DNA of 64,000 nt from the NCBI GenBank assembly GCA_964057225.1, contig OZ059900.1, positions 7,440,001-7,504,000 of the forward strand, read 5' to 3'. Shown here piece by piece: positions 39,401 to 54,789 of this stretch (position 1 is its first letter; each line of letters begins with the position of its first letter). The notes beneath the pieces are model-generated. The model had not been told where the DNA came from. It did not search any database and saw only the letters and a list, made by a program, of their open reading frames with translations. This stretch comes from Auanema rhodensis. Its lineage: Eukaryota; Animalia; Nematoda. The position numbers were made by a program, and so were the translations under genes.

Positions 39401-39750
39401 TATGTTCAATTTTAACCACTTTGGTCAAAAAGGACCGAAAATATCAAGAATTATTGGTTTTTTGGGGTTTGAAGGACATTTTGGCTAAATCAGTCAAACT
39501 TTTGATCTTAAGCATATTTTTTTCTTCTAAAACGACTAAATGTATGAAATACTGTCATAGAATGTTCATATAGGTCTATTTTGCACGAATATCAAAACTG
39601 ATTGAAATATGGGCCTTTTTATGTTCAAAACGCCATATATTCAACGATTTTGGGTACAAAACATGTGAAAACTGTATGTTTTGATCAGACCCTTTGAGAT
39701 ATGGATTTGAAATTCAGGATTCATGAACTTTGACTATTTTTACATATATA
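36490..39750. repeat. Tandem block duplication, period 1740 bp (5 monomers)
   Basis: GTCGAAAA with GGGGGTTG (36946/38686), GGACAT with AGGTCTA (37642/39382), and CATGAAC (37982/39722) recur at +1740. Confidence 0.9.
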
Positions 39751-42700
39751 TGTCCAATTTTAACCACTTTGGTCAAAAAGGACCGAAAATATCAAGAATT
39801 ATTGGTTTTTTGGGGATTGAAGGGCATTTTGGCAAAATCAGTCAAACTTTTGATCTTAAGCATATTTTTTTCTTCTAAAACGACTAAATGTATGAAATAC
39901 TGTCATAGAATGTTCATATAGGTGTATTTTGCACGAATATCAAAACTGATTGAAATATGGGCCTTTTTATGCTCAAAACGCCATATATTCAACGATTTTG
40001 GGTACAAAACATGTGAAAACTGTATGTTTTGATCAGACCCTTTGAGATATGGATTTGAAATTCAGGATTCATAAACTTTGACTATTTTTACATATATATG
40101 TTCAATTTTAACCACTTTGGTCAAGAAGGACCGAAAATATCAAGAATTATTGGTTTTTTGGGGTTTGAAGGGCATTTTGGCAAAATCAGTCAAACTTTTG
40201 ATCTTAAGCATATTTTTTTCTTCTAAAACGACTAAATGTATAAAATACTGTCATAGAATGTTCATATAGGTGTATTTTGCACGAATATCAAAACTGATTG
40301 AAATATGGGCCTTTTTATGCTCAAAACGCCATATATTCAACGATTTTGGGTACAAAACATGTGAAAACTATATGTTTTGATCAGACCCTTTGAGATATGG
40401 ATTTGAAATTCAGGATTCATAAACTTTGACTATTTTTACATATATATGTTCAATTGTAACCACTTTGGTCAAAAAGGACCGAAAATATCAAGAATTATTG
40501 GTTTTTTGGGGTTTGAAGGGCATTTTGGCTAAATCAGTCAAACTTTTGATCTTAAGCATATTTTTTTCTTCTAAAACGACTAAATGTATGAAATACTGTC
40601 ATAGAATGTTCATATAGGTGTATTTTGCACGAATATCAAAACTGATTGAAATATGGACCTTTTTATGTTCAAAACGCCATATATTCAACGATTTTGGGTA
40701 CAAAACATGTGAAAACTGTATGTTTTGATCAGACCCTTTGAGATATGGATTTGAAATTCAGGATTCATAAACTTTGACTATTTTTACATATATATGTTCA
40801 ATTTTAACCACTTTGGTCAAAAAGGACCGAAAATATCAAGAATTATTGGTTTTTTGGGGTTTGAAGGGCATTTTGGCAAAATCAGTCAAACTTTTGATCT
40901 TAAGCATATTTTTTTCTTCTAAAACGACTAAATGTATGAAATACTGTCATAGAATGTTCATATAGGTGTATTTTGCACGAATATCAAAACTGATTGAAAT
41001 ATGGGCCTTTTTATGCTCAAAACGCCATATATTCAACGATTTTGGGTACAAAACATGTGAAAACTGTATGTTTTGATCAGACCCTTTGAGATATGGATTT
41101 GAAATTCAGGATTCATAAACTTCGACTATTTCTACATATATATGTCCAATTTTAACCACTTTGGTCAAAAAGGACCGAAAATATCAAGAATTATTGGTTT
41201 TTTGGGGTTTGAAGGGCATTTTGGCAAAATCAGTCAAACTTTTGATCTTAAGCATATTTTTTTTTCTAAAACGACTAAATGTATGAAATACTGTCAAAGA
41301 ATGTTCATATAGGTGTATTTTGCACGAATATCAAAACTGATTGAAATATGGGCCTTTTTATGCTCAAAACGCCATATATTCAACGATTTTGGGTACAAAA
41401 CATGTGAAAACTGTATGTTTTGATCAGACCCTTTGAGATATGGATTTGAAATTCAGGATTCATAAACTTTGACTATTTTTACATATATATGTTCAATTTT
41501 AACCACTTTGGTCAAAAAGGACCGAAAATATCAAGAATTATTGGTTTTTTGGGGTTTGAAGGGCATTTTGGCAAAATCAGTCAAACTTTTGATCTTAAGC
41601 ATATTTTTTTCTTCTAAAACGACTAAATGTATGAAATACTGTCATAGAATGTTCATATAGGTGTATTTTGCACGAATATCAAAACTGATTGAAATATGGG
41701 CCTTTTTATGTTCAAAACGCCATATATTCAACGATTTTGGGTACAAAACATGTGAAAACTGTATGTTTTGATCAGACCCTTTGAGATATGGATTTGAAAT
41801 TCAGGATTCATAAACTTTGACTATTTTTACATATATATGTCCAATTTTAACCACTTTGGTCAAAAAGGACCGAAAATATCAAGAATTATTGGTTTTTTGG
41901 GGATTGAAGGGCATTTTGGCAAAATCAGTCAAACTTTTGATCTCAAGCATATTTTTTTCTTCTAAAACGACTAAATGTATGAAATACTGTCATAGAATGT
42001 TCATATAGGTGTATTTTGCACGAATATCAAAACTGATTGAAATATGGGCCTTTTTATGCTCAAAACGCCATATATTCAACGATTTTGGGTACAAAACATG
42101 TGAAAACTGTATGTTTTGATCAGACCCTTTGAGATATGGATTTGAAATTCAGGATTCATAAACTTTGACTATTTCTACATATATATGTCCAATTTTAACC
42201 ACTTTGGTCAAAAAGGACCGAAAATATCAAGAATTATTGGTTTTTTGGGGTTTGAAGGGCATTTTGGCAAAATCAGTCAAACTTTTGATCTTAAGCATAT
42301 TTTTTTCTTCTAAAACGACTAAATGTATGAAATACTGTCAAAGAATGTTCATATAGGTGTATTTTGCACGAATATCAAAACTGATTGAAATATGGGCCTT
42401 TTTATGCTCAAAACGCCATATATTCAACGATTTTGGGTACAAAACATGTGAAAACTGTATGTTTTGATCAGACCCTTTGAGATATGGATTTGAAATTCAG
42501 GATTCATAAACTTTGACTATTTTTACATATATATGTCCAATTTTAACCACTTTGGTCGAAAAGGACCGAAAATATCAAGAATTATTGGTTTTTTGGGGGT
42601 TGAAGGGCATTTTGGCAAAATCAGTCAAACTTTTGATCTTAAGCATATTTTTTTCTTCTAAAACGACTAAATGTATGAAATACTGTCATAGAATGTTCAT

Positions 42701-44139
42701 ATAGGTGTATTTTGCACGAATATCAAAACTGATTGAAATATGGGCCTTTTTATGTTCAAAACGCCATATATTCAACGATTTTGGGTACAAAACATGTGAA
42801 AACTGTATGTTTTGATCAGACCCTTTGAGATATGGATTTGAAATTCAGGATTCATAAACTTTGACTATTTTTACATATATATGTCCAATTTTAACCACTT
42901 TGGTCAAAAAGGACCGAAAATATCAAGAATTATTGGTTTTTTGGGGTTTGAAGGACATTTTGGCTAAATCAGTCAAACTTTTGATCTTAAGCATATTTTT
43001 TTCTTCTAAAACGACTAAATGTATGAAATACTGTCATAGAATGTTCATATAGGTCTATTTTGCACGAATATCAAAACTGATTGAAATATGGGCCTTTTTA
43101 TGTTCAAAACGCCATATATTCAACGATTTTGGGTACAAAACATGTGAAAACTGTATGTTTTGATCAGACCCTTTGAGATATGGATTTGAAATTCAGGATT
43201 CATAAACTTTGACTATTTTTACATATATATGTCCAATTTTAACCACTTTGGTCAAAAAGGACCGAAAATATCAAGAATTATTGGTTTTTTGGGGATTGAA
43301 GGGCATTTTGGCAAAATCAGTCAAACTTTTGATCTTAAGCATATTTTTTTCTTCTAAAACGACTAAATGTATGAAATACTGTCATAGAATGTTCATATAG
43401 GTGTATTTTGCACGAATATCAAAACTGATTGAAATATGGGCCTTTTTATGCTCAAAACGCCATATATTCAACGATTTTGGGTACAAAACATGTGAAAACT
43501 GTATGTTTTGATCAGACCCTTTGAGATATGGATTTGAAATTCAGGATTCATAAACTTTGACTTTTTTTACATATATATGTTCAATTTTAACCACTTTGGT
43601 CAAGAAGGACCGAAAATATCAAGAATTATTGGTTTTTTGGGGTTTGAAGGGCATTTTGGCAAAATCAGTCAAACTTTTGATCTTAAGCATATTTTTTTCT
43701 TCTAAAACGACTAAATGTATAAAATACTGTCATAGAATGTTCATATAGGTGTATTTTGCACGAATATCAAAACTGATTGAAATATGGGCCTTTTTATGCT
43801 CAAAACGCCATATATTCAACGATTTTGGGTACAAAACATGTGAAAACTATATGTTTTGATCAGACCCTTTGAGATATGGATTTGAAATTCAGGATTCATA
43901 AACTTTGACTATTTTTACATATATATGTTCAATTGTAACCACTTTGGTCAAAAAGGACCGAAAATATCAAGAATTATTGGTTTTTTGGGGTTTGAAGGGC
44001 ATTTTGGCTAAATCAGTCAAACTTTTGATCTTAAGCATATTTTTTTCTTCTAAAACGACTAAATGTATGAAATACTGTCATAGAATGTTCATATAGGTGT
44101 ATTTTGCACGAATATCAAAACTGATTGAAATATGGACCT

Positions 44140-47100
44140 TTTTATGTTCAAAACGCCATATATTCAACGATTTTGGGTACAAAACATGTGAAAACTGTAT
44201 GTTTTGATCAGACCCTTTGAGATATGGATTTGAAATTCAGGATTCATAAACTTTGACTATTTTTACATATATATGTTCAATTTTAACCACTTTGGTCAAA
44301 AAGGACCGAAAATATCAAGAATTATTGGTTTTTTGGGGTTTGAAGGGCATTTTGGCTAAATCAATCAAACTTTTGATCTTAAGCATATTTTTTTCTTCTA
44401 AAACGACTAAATGTATGAAATACTGTCATAGAATGTTCATATAGGTGTATTTTGCACGAATATCAGAACTGATTGAAATATGGGCCTTTTTATGCTCAAA
44501 ACGCCATATATTCAACGATTTTGGGTACAAAACATGTGAAAACGGTATGTTTTGATCAGACCCTTTGAGATATGGATTTGAAATTCAGGATTCATAAACT
44601 TCGACTATTTCTACATATATATGTCCAATTTTAACCACTTTGGTCAAAAAGGACCGAAAATATCAAGAATTATTGGTTTTTTGGGGATTGAAGGGCATTT
44701 TGGCAAAATCAGTCAAACTTTTGATCTTAAGCATATTTTTTTCTTCTAAAACGACTAAATGTATGAAATACTGTCATAGAATGTTCATATAGGTGTATTT
44801 TGCACGAATATCAAAACTGATTGAAATATGGGCCTTTTTATGCTCAAAACGCCATATATTCAACGATTTTGGGTACAAAACATGTGAAAACTGTATGTTT
44901 TGATCAGACCCTTTGAGATATGGATTTAAAATTCAGGATTCATAAAATTCGACTATTTTTACATATATATGTCCAATTTTAACCACTTTGGTCAAAAAGG
45001 ACCGAAAATATCAAGAATTATTGGTTTTTTGGGGTTTGAAGGGCATTTTGGCTAAATCAGTCAAACTTTTGATCTTAAGCATATTTTTTTCTTCTAAAAC
45101 GACTAAATGTATGAAATACTGTCATAGAATGTTCATATAGGTGTATTTTGCACGAATATCAAAACTGATTGAAATATGGGCCTTTTTATGCTCAAAACGC
45201 CATATATTCAACGATTTTGGGTACAAAACATGTGAAAACTGTATGTTTTGATCAGACCCTTTGAGATATGGATTTGAAATTCAGGATTCATAAACTTTGA
45301 CTATTTTTACATATATATGTCCAATTTTAACCACTTTGGTCAAAAAGGACCGAAAATATCAAGAATTATTGGTTTTTTGGGGATTGAAGGGCATTTTGGC
45401 AAAATCAGTCAAACTTTTGATCTTAAGCATATTTTTTTCTTCTAAAACGACTAAATGTATGAAATACTGTCATAGAATGTTCATATAGGTGTATTTTGCA
45501 CAAATTTCAAAACTGATTGAAATATGGGCCTTTTTATGCTCAAAACGCCATATATTCAACGATTTTGGGTACAAAACATGTGAAAACTGTATGTTTTGAT
45601 CAGACCCTTTGAGATATGGATTTGAAATTCAGGATTCATAAACTTTGACTATTTTTACATATATATGTTCAATTTTAACCACTTTGGTCAAAAAGGACCG
45701 AAAATATCAAGAATTATTGGTTTTTTGGGGTTTGAAGGGCGTTTTGGCTAAATCAGTCAAACTTTTGATCTTAAGCATATTTTTTTCTTCTAAAACGACT
45801 AAATGTATGAAATACTGTCATAGAATGTTCATATAGGTGTATTTTGCACGAATATCAAAACTGATTGAAATATGGGCCTTTTTATGCTCAAAACGCCATA
45901 TATTCAACGATTTTGGGTACAAAACATGTGAAAACTGTATGTTTTGATCAGACCCTTTGAGATATGGATTTGAAATTCAGGATTCATAAACTTTGACTAT
46001 TTTTACATATATATGTTCAATTTTAACCACTTTGGTCAAAAAGGACCGAAAATATCAAGAATTATTGGTTTTTTGGGGTTTGAAGGGCATTTTGGCAAAA
46101 TCAGTCAAACTTTTGATCTTAAGCATATTTTTTTCTTCTAAAACGACTAAATGTATGAAATACTGTCAAAGAATGTTCATATAGGTGTATTTTGCACGAA
46201 TATCAAAACTGATTGAAATATGGGCCTTTTTATGCTCAAAACGCCATATATTCAACGATTTTGGGTACAAAACATGTGAAAACTGTATGTTTTGATCAGA
46301 CCCTTTGAGATATGGATTTAAAATTCAGGATTCATAAAATTCGACTATTTTTACATATATATGTCCAATTTTAACCACTTTGGTCAAAAAGGACCGAAAA
46401 TATCAAGAATTATTGGTTTTTTGGGGTTTGAAGGGCATTTTGGCAAAATCAGTCAAACTTTTGATCTTAAGCATATTTTTTTCTTCTAAAACGACTAAAT
46501 GTATGAAATACTGTCATAGAATGTTCATATAGGTGTATTTTGCACGAATATCAAAACTGATTGAAATATGGGCCTTTTTATGTTCAAAACGCCATATATT
46601 CAACGATTTTGGGTACAAAACATGTGAAAACTGTATGTTTTGATCAGACCCTTTGAGATATGGATTTGAAATTCAGGATTCATAAACTTTGACTATTTTT
46701 ACATATATATGTTCAATTTTAACCACTTTGGTCAAAAAGGACCGAAAATATCAAGAATTATTGGTTTTTTGGGGTTTGAAGGGCATTTTGGCTAAATCAA
46801 TCAAACTTTTGATCTTAAGCATATTTTTTTCTTCTAAAACGACTAAATGTATGAAATACTGTCATAGAATGTTCATATAGGTGTATTTTGCACGAATATC
46901 AGAACTGATTGAAATATGGGCCTTTTTATGCTCAAAACGCCATATATTCAACGATTTTGGGTACAAAACATGTGAAAACGGTATGTTTTGATCAGACCCT
47001 TTGAGATATGGATTTGAAATTCAGGATTCATAAACTTCGACTATTTCTACATATATATGTCCAATTTTAACCACTTTGGTCAAAAAGGACCGAAAATATC

Positions 47101-49017
47101 AAGAATTATTGGTTTTTTGGGGATTGAAGGGCATTTTGGCAAAATCAGTCAAACTTTTGATCTTAAGCATATTTTTTTCTTCTAAAACGACTAAATGTAT
47201 GAAATACTGTCATAGAATGTTCATATAGGTGTATTTTGCACGAATATCAAAACTGATTGAAATATGGGCCTTTTTATGCTCAAAACGCCATATATTCAAC
47301 GATTTTGGGTACAAAACATGTGAAAACTGTATGTTTTGATCAGACCCTTTGAGATATGGATTTAAAATTCAGGATTCATAAAATTCGACTATTTTTACAT
47401 ATATATGTCCAATTTTAACCACTTTGGTCAAAAAGGACCGAAAATATCAAGAATTATTGGTTTTTTGGGGTTTGAAGGGCATTTTGGCTAAATCAGTCAA
47501 ACTTTTGATCTTAAGCATATTTTTTTCTTCTAAAACGACTAAATGTATGAAATACTGTCATAGAATGTTCATATAGGTGTATTTTGCACGAATATCAAAA
47601 CTGATTGAAATATGGGCCTTTTTATGCTCAAAACGCCATATATTCAACGATTTTGGGTACAAAACATGTGAAAACTGTATGTTTTGATCAGACCCTTTGA
47701 GATATGGATTTGAAATTCAGGATTCATAAACTTTGACTATTTTTACATATATATGTCCAATTTTAACCACTTTGGTCAAAAAGGACCGAAAATATCAAGA
47801 ATTATTGGTTTTTTGGGGATTGAAGGGCATTTTGACAAAATCAGTCAAACTTTTGATCTTAAGCATATTTTTTTCTTCTAAAACGACTAAATGTATGAAA
47901 TACTGTCATAGAATGTTCATATAGGTGTATTTTGCACAAATTTCAAAACTGATTGAAATATGGGCCTTTTTATGCTCAAAACGCCATATATTCAACGATT
48001 TTGGGTACAAAACATGTGAAAACTGTATGTTTTGATCAGACCCTTTGAGATATGGATTTGAAATTCAGGATTCATAAACTTTGACTATTTTTACATATAT
48101 ATGTTCAATTTTAACCACTTTGGTCAAAAAGGACCGAAAATATCAAGAATTATTGGTTTTTTGGGGTTTGAAGGGCGTTTTGGCTAAATCAGTCAAACTT
48201 TTGATCTTAAGCATATTTTTTTCTTCTAAAACGACTAAATGTATGAAATACTGTCATAGAATGTTCATATAGGTGTATTTTGCACGAATATCAAAACTGA
48301 TTGAAATATGGGCCTTTTTATGCTCAAAACGCCATATATTCAACGATTTTGGGTACAAAACATGTGAAAACTGTATGTTTTGATCAGACCCTTTGAGATA
48401 TGGATTTGAAATTCAGGATTCATAAACTTTGACTATTTTTACATATATATGTTCAATTTTAACCACTTTGGTCAAAAAGGACCGAAAATATCAAGAATTA
48501 TTGGTTTTTTGGGGTTTGAAGGGCATTTTGGCAAAATCAGTCAAACTTTTGATCTTAAGCATATTTTTTTCTTCTAAAACGACTAAATGTATGAAATACT
48601 GTCAAAGAATGTTCATATAGGTGTATTTTGCACGAATATCAAAACTGATTGAAATATGGGCCTTTTTATGCTCAAAACGCCATATATTCAACGATTTTGG
48701 GTACAAAACATGTGAAAACTGTATGTTTTGATCAGACCCTTTGAGATATGGATTTAAAATTCAGGATTCATAAAATTCGACTATTTTTACATATATATGT
48801 CCAATTTTAACCACTTTGGTCAAAAAGGACCGAAAATATCAAGAATTATTGGTTTTTTGGGGTTTGAAGGGCATTTTGGCAAAATCAGTCAAACTTTTGA
48901 TCTTAAGCATATTTTTTTCTTCTAAAACGACTAAATGTATGAAATACTGTCATAGAATGTTCATATAGGTGTATTTTGCACGAATATCAAAACTGATTGA
49001 AATATGGGCCTTTTTAT
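44140..49017. repeat. Tandem block duplication, period 2436 bp (7 monomers)
   Basis: AATCAATC, TCAGAAC, AAACGGT, TTTAAAATTC, CACAAATTT, GGGCGTT and GTCAAAGA occur in the same order at 44253-46341 and 46689-48777. Confidence 0.9.
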
Positions 49018-52000
49018 GCTCAAAACGCCATATATTCAACGATTTTGGGTACAAAACATGTGAAAACTGTATGTTTTGATCAGACCCTTTGAGATATGGA
49101 TTTGAAATTCAGGATTCATAAACATTGACTATTTTTACATATATATGTTCAATTTTAACCACTTTGGTCAAAAAGGACCGAAAATATCAAGAATTATTGG
49201 TTTTTTGGGGTTTGAAGGGCATTTTGGCAAAATCAGTCAAACTTTTGATCTTAAGCATATTTTTTTCTTCTAAAACGACTAAATGTATGAAATACTGTCA
49301 AAGAATGTTCATATAGGTGTATTTTGCACGAATATCAAAACTGATTGAAATATGGGCCTTTTTATGCTCAAAACGCCATATATTCAACGATTTTGGGTAC
49401 AAAACATGTGAAAACTGTATGTTTTGATCAGACCCTTTGAGATATGGATTTGAAATTCAGGATTCATAAACTTTGACTATTTTTACATATATATGTTCAA
49501 TTTTAACCACTTTGGTCAAAAAGGACCGAAAATATCAAGAATTATTGGTTTTTTGGGGTTTGAAGGGCATTTTGGCAAAATCAGTCAAACTTTTGATCTT
49601 AAGCATATTTTTTTCTTCTAAAACGACTAAATGTATGAAATACTGTCAAAGAATGTTCATATAGGTGTATTTTGCACGAATATCAAAACTGATTGAAATA
49701 TGGGCCTTTTTATGCTCAAAACGCCATATATTCAACGATTTTGGGTACAAAACATGTGAAAACTGTATGTTTTGATCAGACCCTTTGAGATATGGATTTA
49801 AAATTCAGGATTCATAAAATTCGACTATTTTTACATATATATGTCCAATTTTAACCACTTTGGTCAAAAAGGACCGAAAATATCAAGAATTATTGGTTTT
49901 TTGGGGTTTGAAGGGCATTTTGGCAAAATCAGTCAAACTTTTGATCTTAAGCATATTTTTTTCTTCTAAAACGACTAAATGTATGAAATACTGTCATAGA
50001 ATGTTCATATAGGTGTATTTTGCACGAATATCAAAACTGATTGAAATATGGGCCTTTTTATGCTCAAAACGCCATATATTCAACGATTTTGGGTACAAAA
50101 CATGTGAAAACGGTATGTTTTGATCAGACCCTTTGAGATATGGATTTGAAATTCAGGATTCATAAACTTCGACTATTTCTACATATATATGTCCAATTTT
50201 AACCACTTTGGTCAAAAAGGACCGAAAATATCAAGAATTATTGGTTTTTTGGGGATTGAAGGGCATTTTGGCAAAATCAGTCAAACTTTTGATCTTAAGC
50301 ATATTTTTTTCTTCTAAAACGACTAAATGTATGAAATACTGTCATAGAATGTTCATATAGGTGTATTTTGCACGAATATCAAAACTGATTGAAATATGGG
50401 CCTTTTTATGCTCAAAACGCCATATATTCAACGATTTTGGGTACAAAACATGTGAAAACTGTATGTTTTGATCAGACCCTTTGAGATATGGATTTAAAAT
50501 TCAGGATTCATAAAATTCGACTATTTTTACATATATATGTCCAATTTTAACCACTTTGGTCAAAAAGGACCGAAAATATCAAGAATTATTGGTTTTTTGG
50601 GGTTTGAAGGGCATTTTGGCTAAATCAGTCAAACTTTTGATCTTAAGCATATTTTTTTCTTCTAAAACGACTAAATGTATGAAATACTGTCATAGAATGT
50701 TCATATAGGTGTATTTTGCACGAATATCAAAACTGATTGAAATATGGGCCTTTTTATGCTCAAAACGCCATATATTCAACGATTTTGGGTACAAAACATG
50801 TGAAAACTGTATGTTTTGATCAGACCCTTTGAGATATGGATTTGAAATTCAGGATTCATAAACTTTGACTATTTTTACATATATATGTCCAATTTTAACC
50901 ACTTTGGTCAAAAAGGACCGAAAATATCAAGAATTATTGGTTTTTTGGGGATTGAAGGGCATTTTGACAAAATCAGTCAAACTTTTGATCTTAAGCATAT
51001 TTTTTTCTTCTAAAACGACTAAATGTATGAAATACTGTCATAGAATGTTCATATAGGTGTATTTTGCACAAATTTCAAAACTGATTGAAATATGGGCCTT
51101 TTTATGCTCAAAACGCCATATATTCAACGATTTTGGGTACAAAACATGTGAAAACTGTATGTTTTGATCAGACCCTTTGAGATATGGATTTGAAATTCAG
51201 GATTCATAAACTTTGACTATTTTTACATATATATGTTCAATTTTAACCACTTTGGTCAAAAAGGACCGAAAATATCAAGAATTATTGGTTTTTTGGGGTT
51301 TGAAGGGCGTTTTGGCTAAATCAGTCAAACTTTTGATCTTAAGCATATTTTTTTCTTCTAAAACGACTAAATGTATGAAATACTGTCATAGAATGTTCAT
51401 ATAGGTGTATTTTGCACGAATATCAAAACTGATTGAAATATGGGCCTTTTTATGCTCAAAACGCCATATATTCAACGATTTTGGGTACAAAACATGTGAA
51501 AACTGTATGTTTTGATCAGACCCTTTGAGATATGGATTTGAAATTCAGGATTCATAAACTTTGACTATTTTTACATATATATGTTCAATTTTAACCACTT
51601 TGGTCAAAAAGGACCGAAAATATCAAGAATTATTGGTTTTTTGGGGTTTGAAGGGCATTTTGGCAAAATCAGTCAAACTTTTGATCTTAAGCATATTTTT
51701 TTCTTCTAAAACGACTAAATGTATGAAATACTGTCAAAGAATGTTCATATAGGTGTATTTTGCACGAATATCAAAACTGATTGAAATATGGGCCTTTTTA
51801 TGCTCAAAACGCCATATATTCAACGATTTTGGGTACAAAACATGTGAAAACTGTATGTTTTGATCAGACCCTTTGAGATATGGATTTAAAATTCAGGATT
51901 CATAAAATTCGACTATTTTTACATATATATGTCCAATTTTAACCACTTTGGTCAAAAAGGACCGAAAATATCAAGAATTATTGGTTTTTTGGGGTTTGAA

Positions 52001-52582
52001 GGGCATTTTGGCAAAATCAGTCAAACTTTTGATCTTAAGCATATTTTTTTCTTCTAAAACGACTAAATGTATGAAATACTGTCATAGAATGTTCATATAG
52101 GTGTATTTTGCACGAATATCAAAACTGATTGAAATATGGGCCTTTTTATGCTCAAAACGCCATATATTCAACGATTTTGGGTACAAAACATGTGAAAACT
52201 GTATGTTTTGATCAGACCCTTTGAGATATGGATTTGAAATTCAGGATTCATAAACATTGACTATTTTTACATATATATGTTCAATTTTAACCACTTTGGT
52301 CAAAAAGGACCGAAAATATCAAGAATTATTGGTTTTTTGGGGTTTGAAGGGCATTTTGGCAAAATCAGTCAAACTTTTGATCTTAAGCATATTTTTTTCT
52401 TCTAAAACGACTAAATGTATGAAATACTGTCAAAGAATGTTCATATAGGTGTATTTTGCACGAATATCAAAACTGATTGAAATATGGGCCTTTTTATGCT
52501 CAAAACGCCATATATTCAACGATTTTGGGTACAAAACATGTGAAAACTGTATGTTTTGATCAGACCCTTTGAGATATGGATT
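46905..52582. repeat. Block duplication with an offset of 3132 bp (9 monomers)
   Basis: The private allele TTTTGACAAAA occurs only in monomers 47733 and 50865. AAACATTG is at 49125 and 52257, and the intervening order is conserved. Confidence 0.88.
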
Positions 52583-52859
52583 TAAAATTCAGGATTCATA
52601 AAATTCGACTATTTTTACATATATATGTCCAATTTTAACCACTTTGGTCAAAAAGGACCGAAAATATCAAGAATTATTGGTTTTTTGGGGTTTGAAGGGC
52701 ATTTTGGCAAAATCAGTCAAACTTTTGATCTTAAGCATATTTTTTTCTTCTAAAACGACTAAATGTATGAAATACTGTCATAGAATGTTCATATAGGTGT
52801 ATTTTGCACGAATATCAAAACTGATTGAAATATGGGCCTTTTTATGCTCAAAACGCCAT

Positions 52860-54330
52860 ATATTCAACGATTTTGGGTACAAAACATGTGAAAACTGTAT
52901 GTTTTGATCAGACCCTTTGAGATATGGATTTGAAATTCAGGATTCATAAACTTCGACTATTTCTACATATATATGTCCAATTTTAACCACTTTGGTCAAA
53001 AAGGACCGAAAATATCAAGAATTATTGGTTTTTTGGGGTTTGAAGGGCATTTTGGCAAAATCAGTCAAACTTTTGATCTTAAGCATATTTTTTTTTCTAA
53101 AACGACTAAATGTATGAAATACTGTCAAAGAATGTTCATATAGGTGTATTTTGCACGAATATCAAAACTGATTGAAATATGGGCCTTTTTATGCTCAAAA
53201 CGCCATATATTCAACGATTTTGGGTACAAAACATGTGAAAACTGTATGTTTTGATCAGACCCTTTGAGATATGGATTTGAAATTCAGGATTCATAAACTT
53301 TGACTATTTTTACATATATATGTTCAATTTTAACCACTTTGGTCAAAAAGGACCGAAAATATCAAGAATTATTGGTTTTTTGGGGTTTGAAGGGCATTTT
53401 GGCAAAATCAGTCAAACTTTTGATCTTAAGCATATTTTTTTCTTCTAAAACGACTAAATGTATGAAATACTGTCATAGAATGTTCATATAGGTGTATTTT
53501 GCACGAATATCAAAACTGATTGAAATATGGGCCTTTTTATGTTCAAAACGCCATATATTCAACGATTTTGGGTACAAAACATGTGAAAACTGTATGTTTT
53601 GATCAGACCCTTTGAGATATGGATTTGAAATTCAGGATTCATAAACTTCGACTATTTCTACATATATATGTCCAATTTTAACCACTTTGGTCAAAAAGGA
53701 CCGAAAATATCAAGAATTATTGGTTTTTTGGGGTTTGAAGGGCATTTTGGCAAAATCAGTCAAACTTTTGATCTTAAGCATATTTTTTTTTCTAAAACGA
53801 CTAAATGTATGAAATACTGTCAAAGAATGTTCATATAGGTGTATTTTGCACGAATATCAAAACTGATTGAAATATGGGCCTTTTTATGCTCAAAACGCCA
53901 TATATTCAACGATTTTGGGTACAAAACATGTGAAAACTGTATGTTTTGATCAGACCCTTTGAGATATGGATTTGAAATTCAGGATTCATAAACTTTGACT
54001 ATTTTTACATATATATGTTCAATTTTAACCACTTTGGTCAAAAAGGACCGAAAATATCAAGAATTATTGGTTTTTTGGGGTTTGAAGGGCATTTTGGCAA
54101 AATCAGTCAAACTTTTGATCTTAAGCATATTTTTTTCTTCTAAAACGACTAAATGTATGAAATACTGTCATAGAATGTTCATATAGGTGTATTTTGCACG
54201 AATATCAAAACTGATTGAAATATGGGCCTTTTTATGTTCAAAACGCCATATATTCAACGATTTTGGGTACAAAACATGTGAAAACTGTATGTTTTGATCA
54301 GACCCTTTGAGATATGGATTTGAAATTCAG
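52860..54330. repeat. Tandem 2-monomer duplication (695 bp) carrying a 1-bp deletion
   Basis: A TTCGAC monomer with the deleted C in the T-tract occurs at 52953 and 53648; anchors 53300 and 53995 differ by 695. Confidence 0.85.
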
Positions 54331-54789
54331 GATTCATAAACTTTGACTATTTTTACATATATATGTCCAATTTTAACCACTTTGGTCAAAAAGGACCGAA
54401 AATATCAAGAATTATTGGTTTTTTGGGGTTTGAAGGGCATTTTGGCAAAATCAGTCAAACTTTTGATCTTAAGCATATTTTTTTCTTCTAAAACGACTAA
54501 ATGTATGAAATACTGTCAAAGAATGTTCATATAGGTGTATTTTGCACGAATATCAAAACTGATTGAAATATGGGCCTTTTTATGCTCAAAACGCCATATA
54601 TTCAACGATTTTGGGTACAAAACATGTGAAAACTGTATGTTTTGATCAGACCCTTTGAGATATGGATTTGAAATTCAGGATTCATAAACTTTGACTATTT
54701 TTACATATATATGTCCAATTTTAACCACTTTGGTCGAAAAGGACCGAAAATATCAAGAATTATTGGTTTTTTGGGGGTTGAAGGGCATT

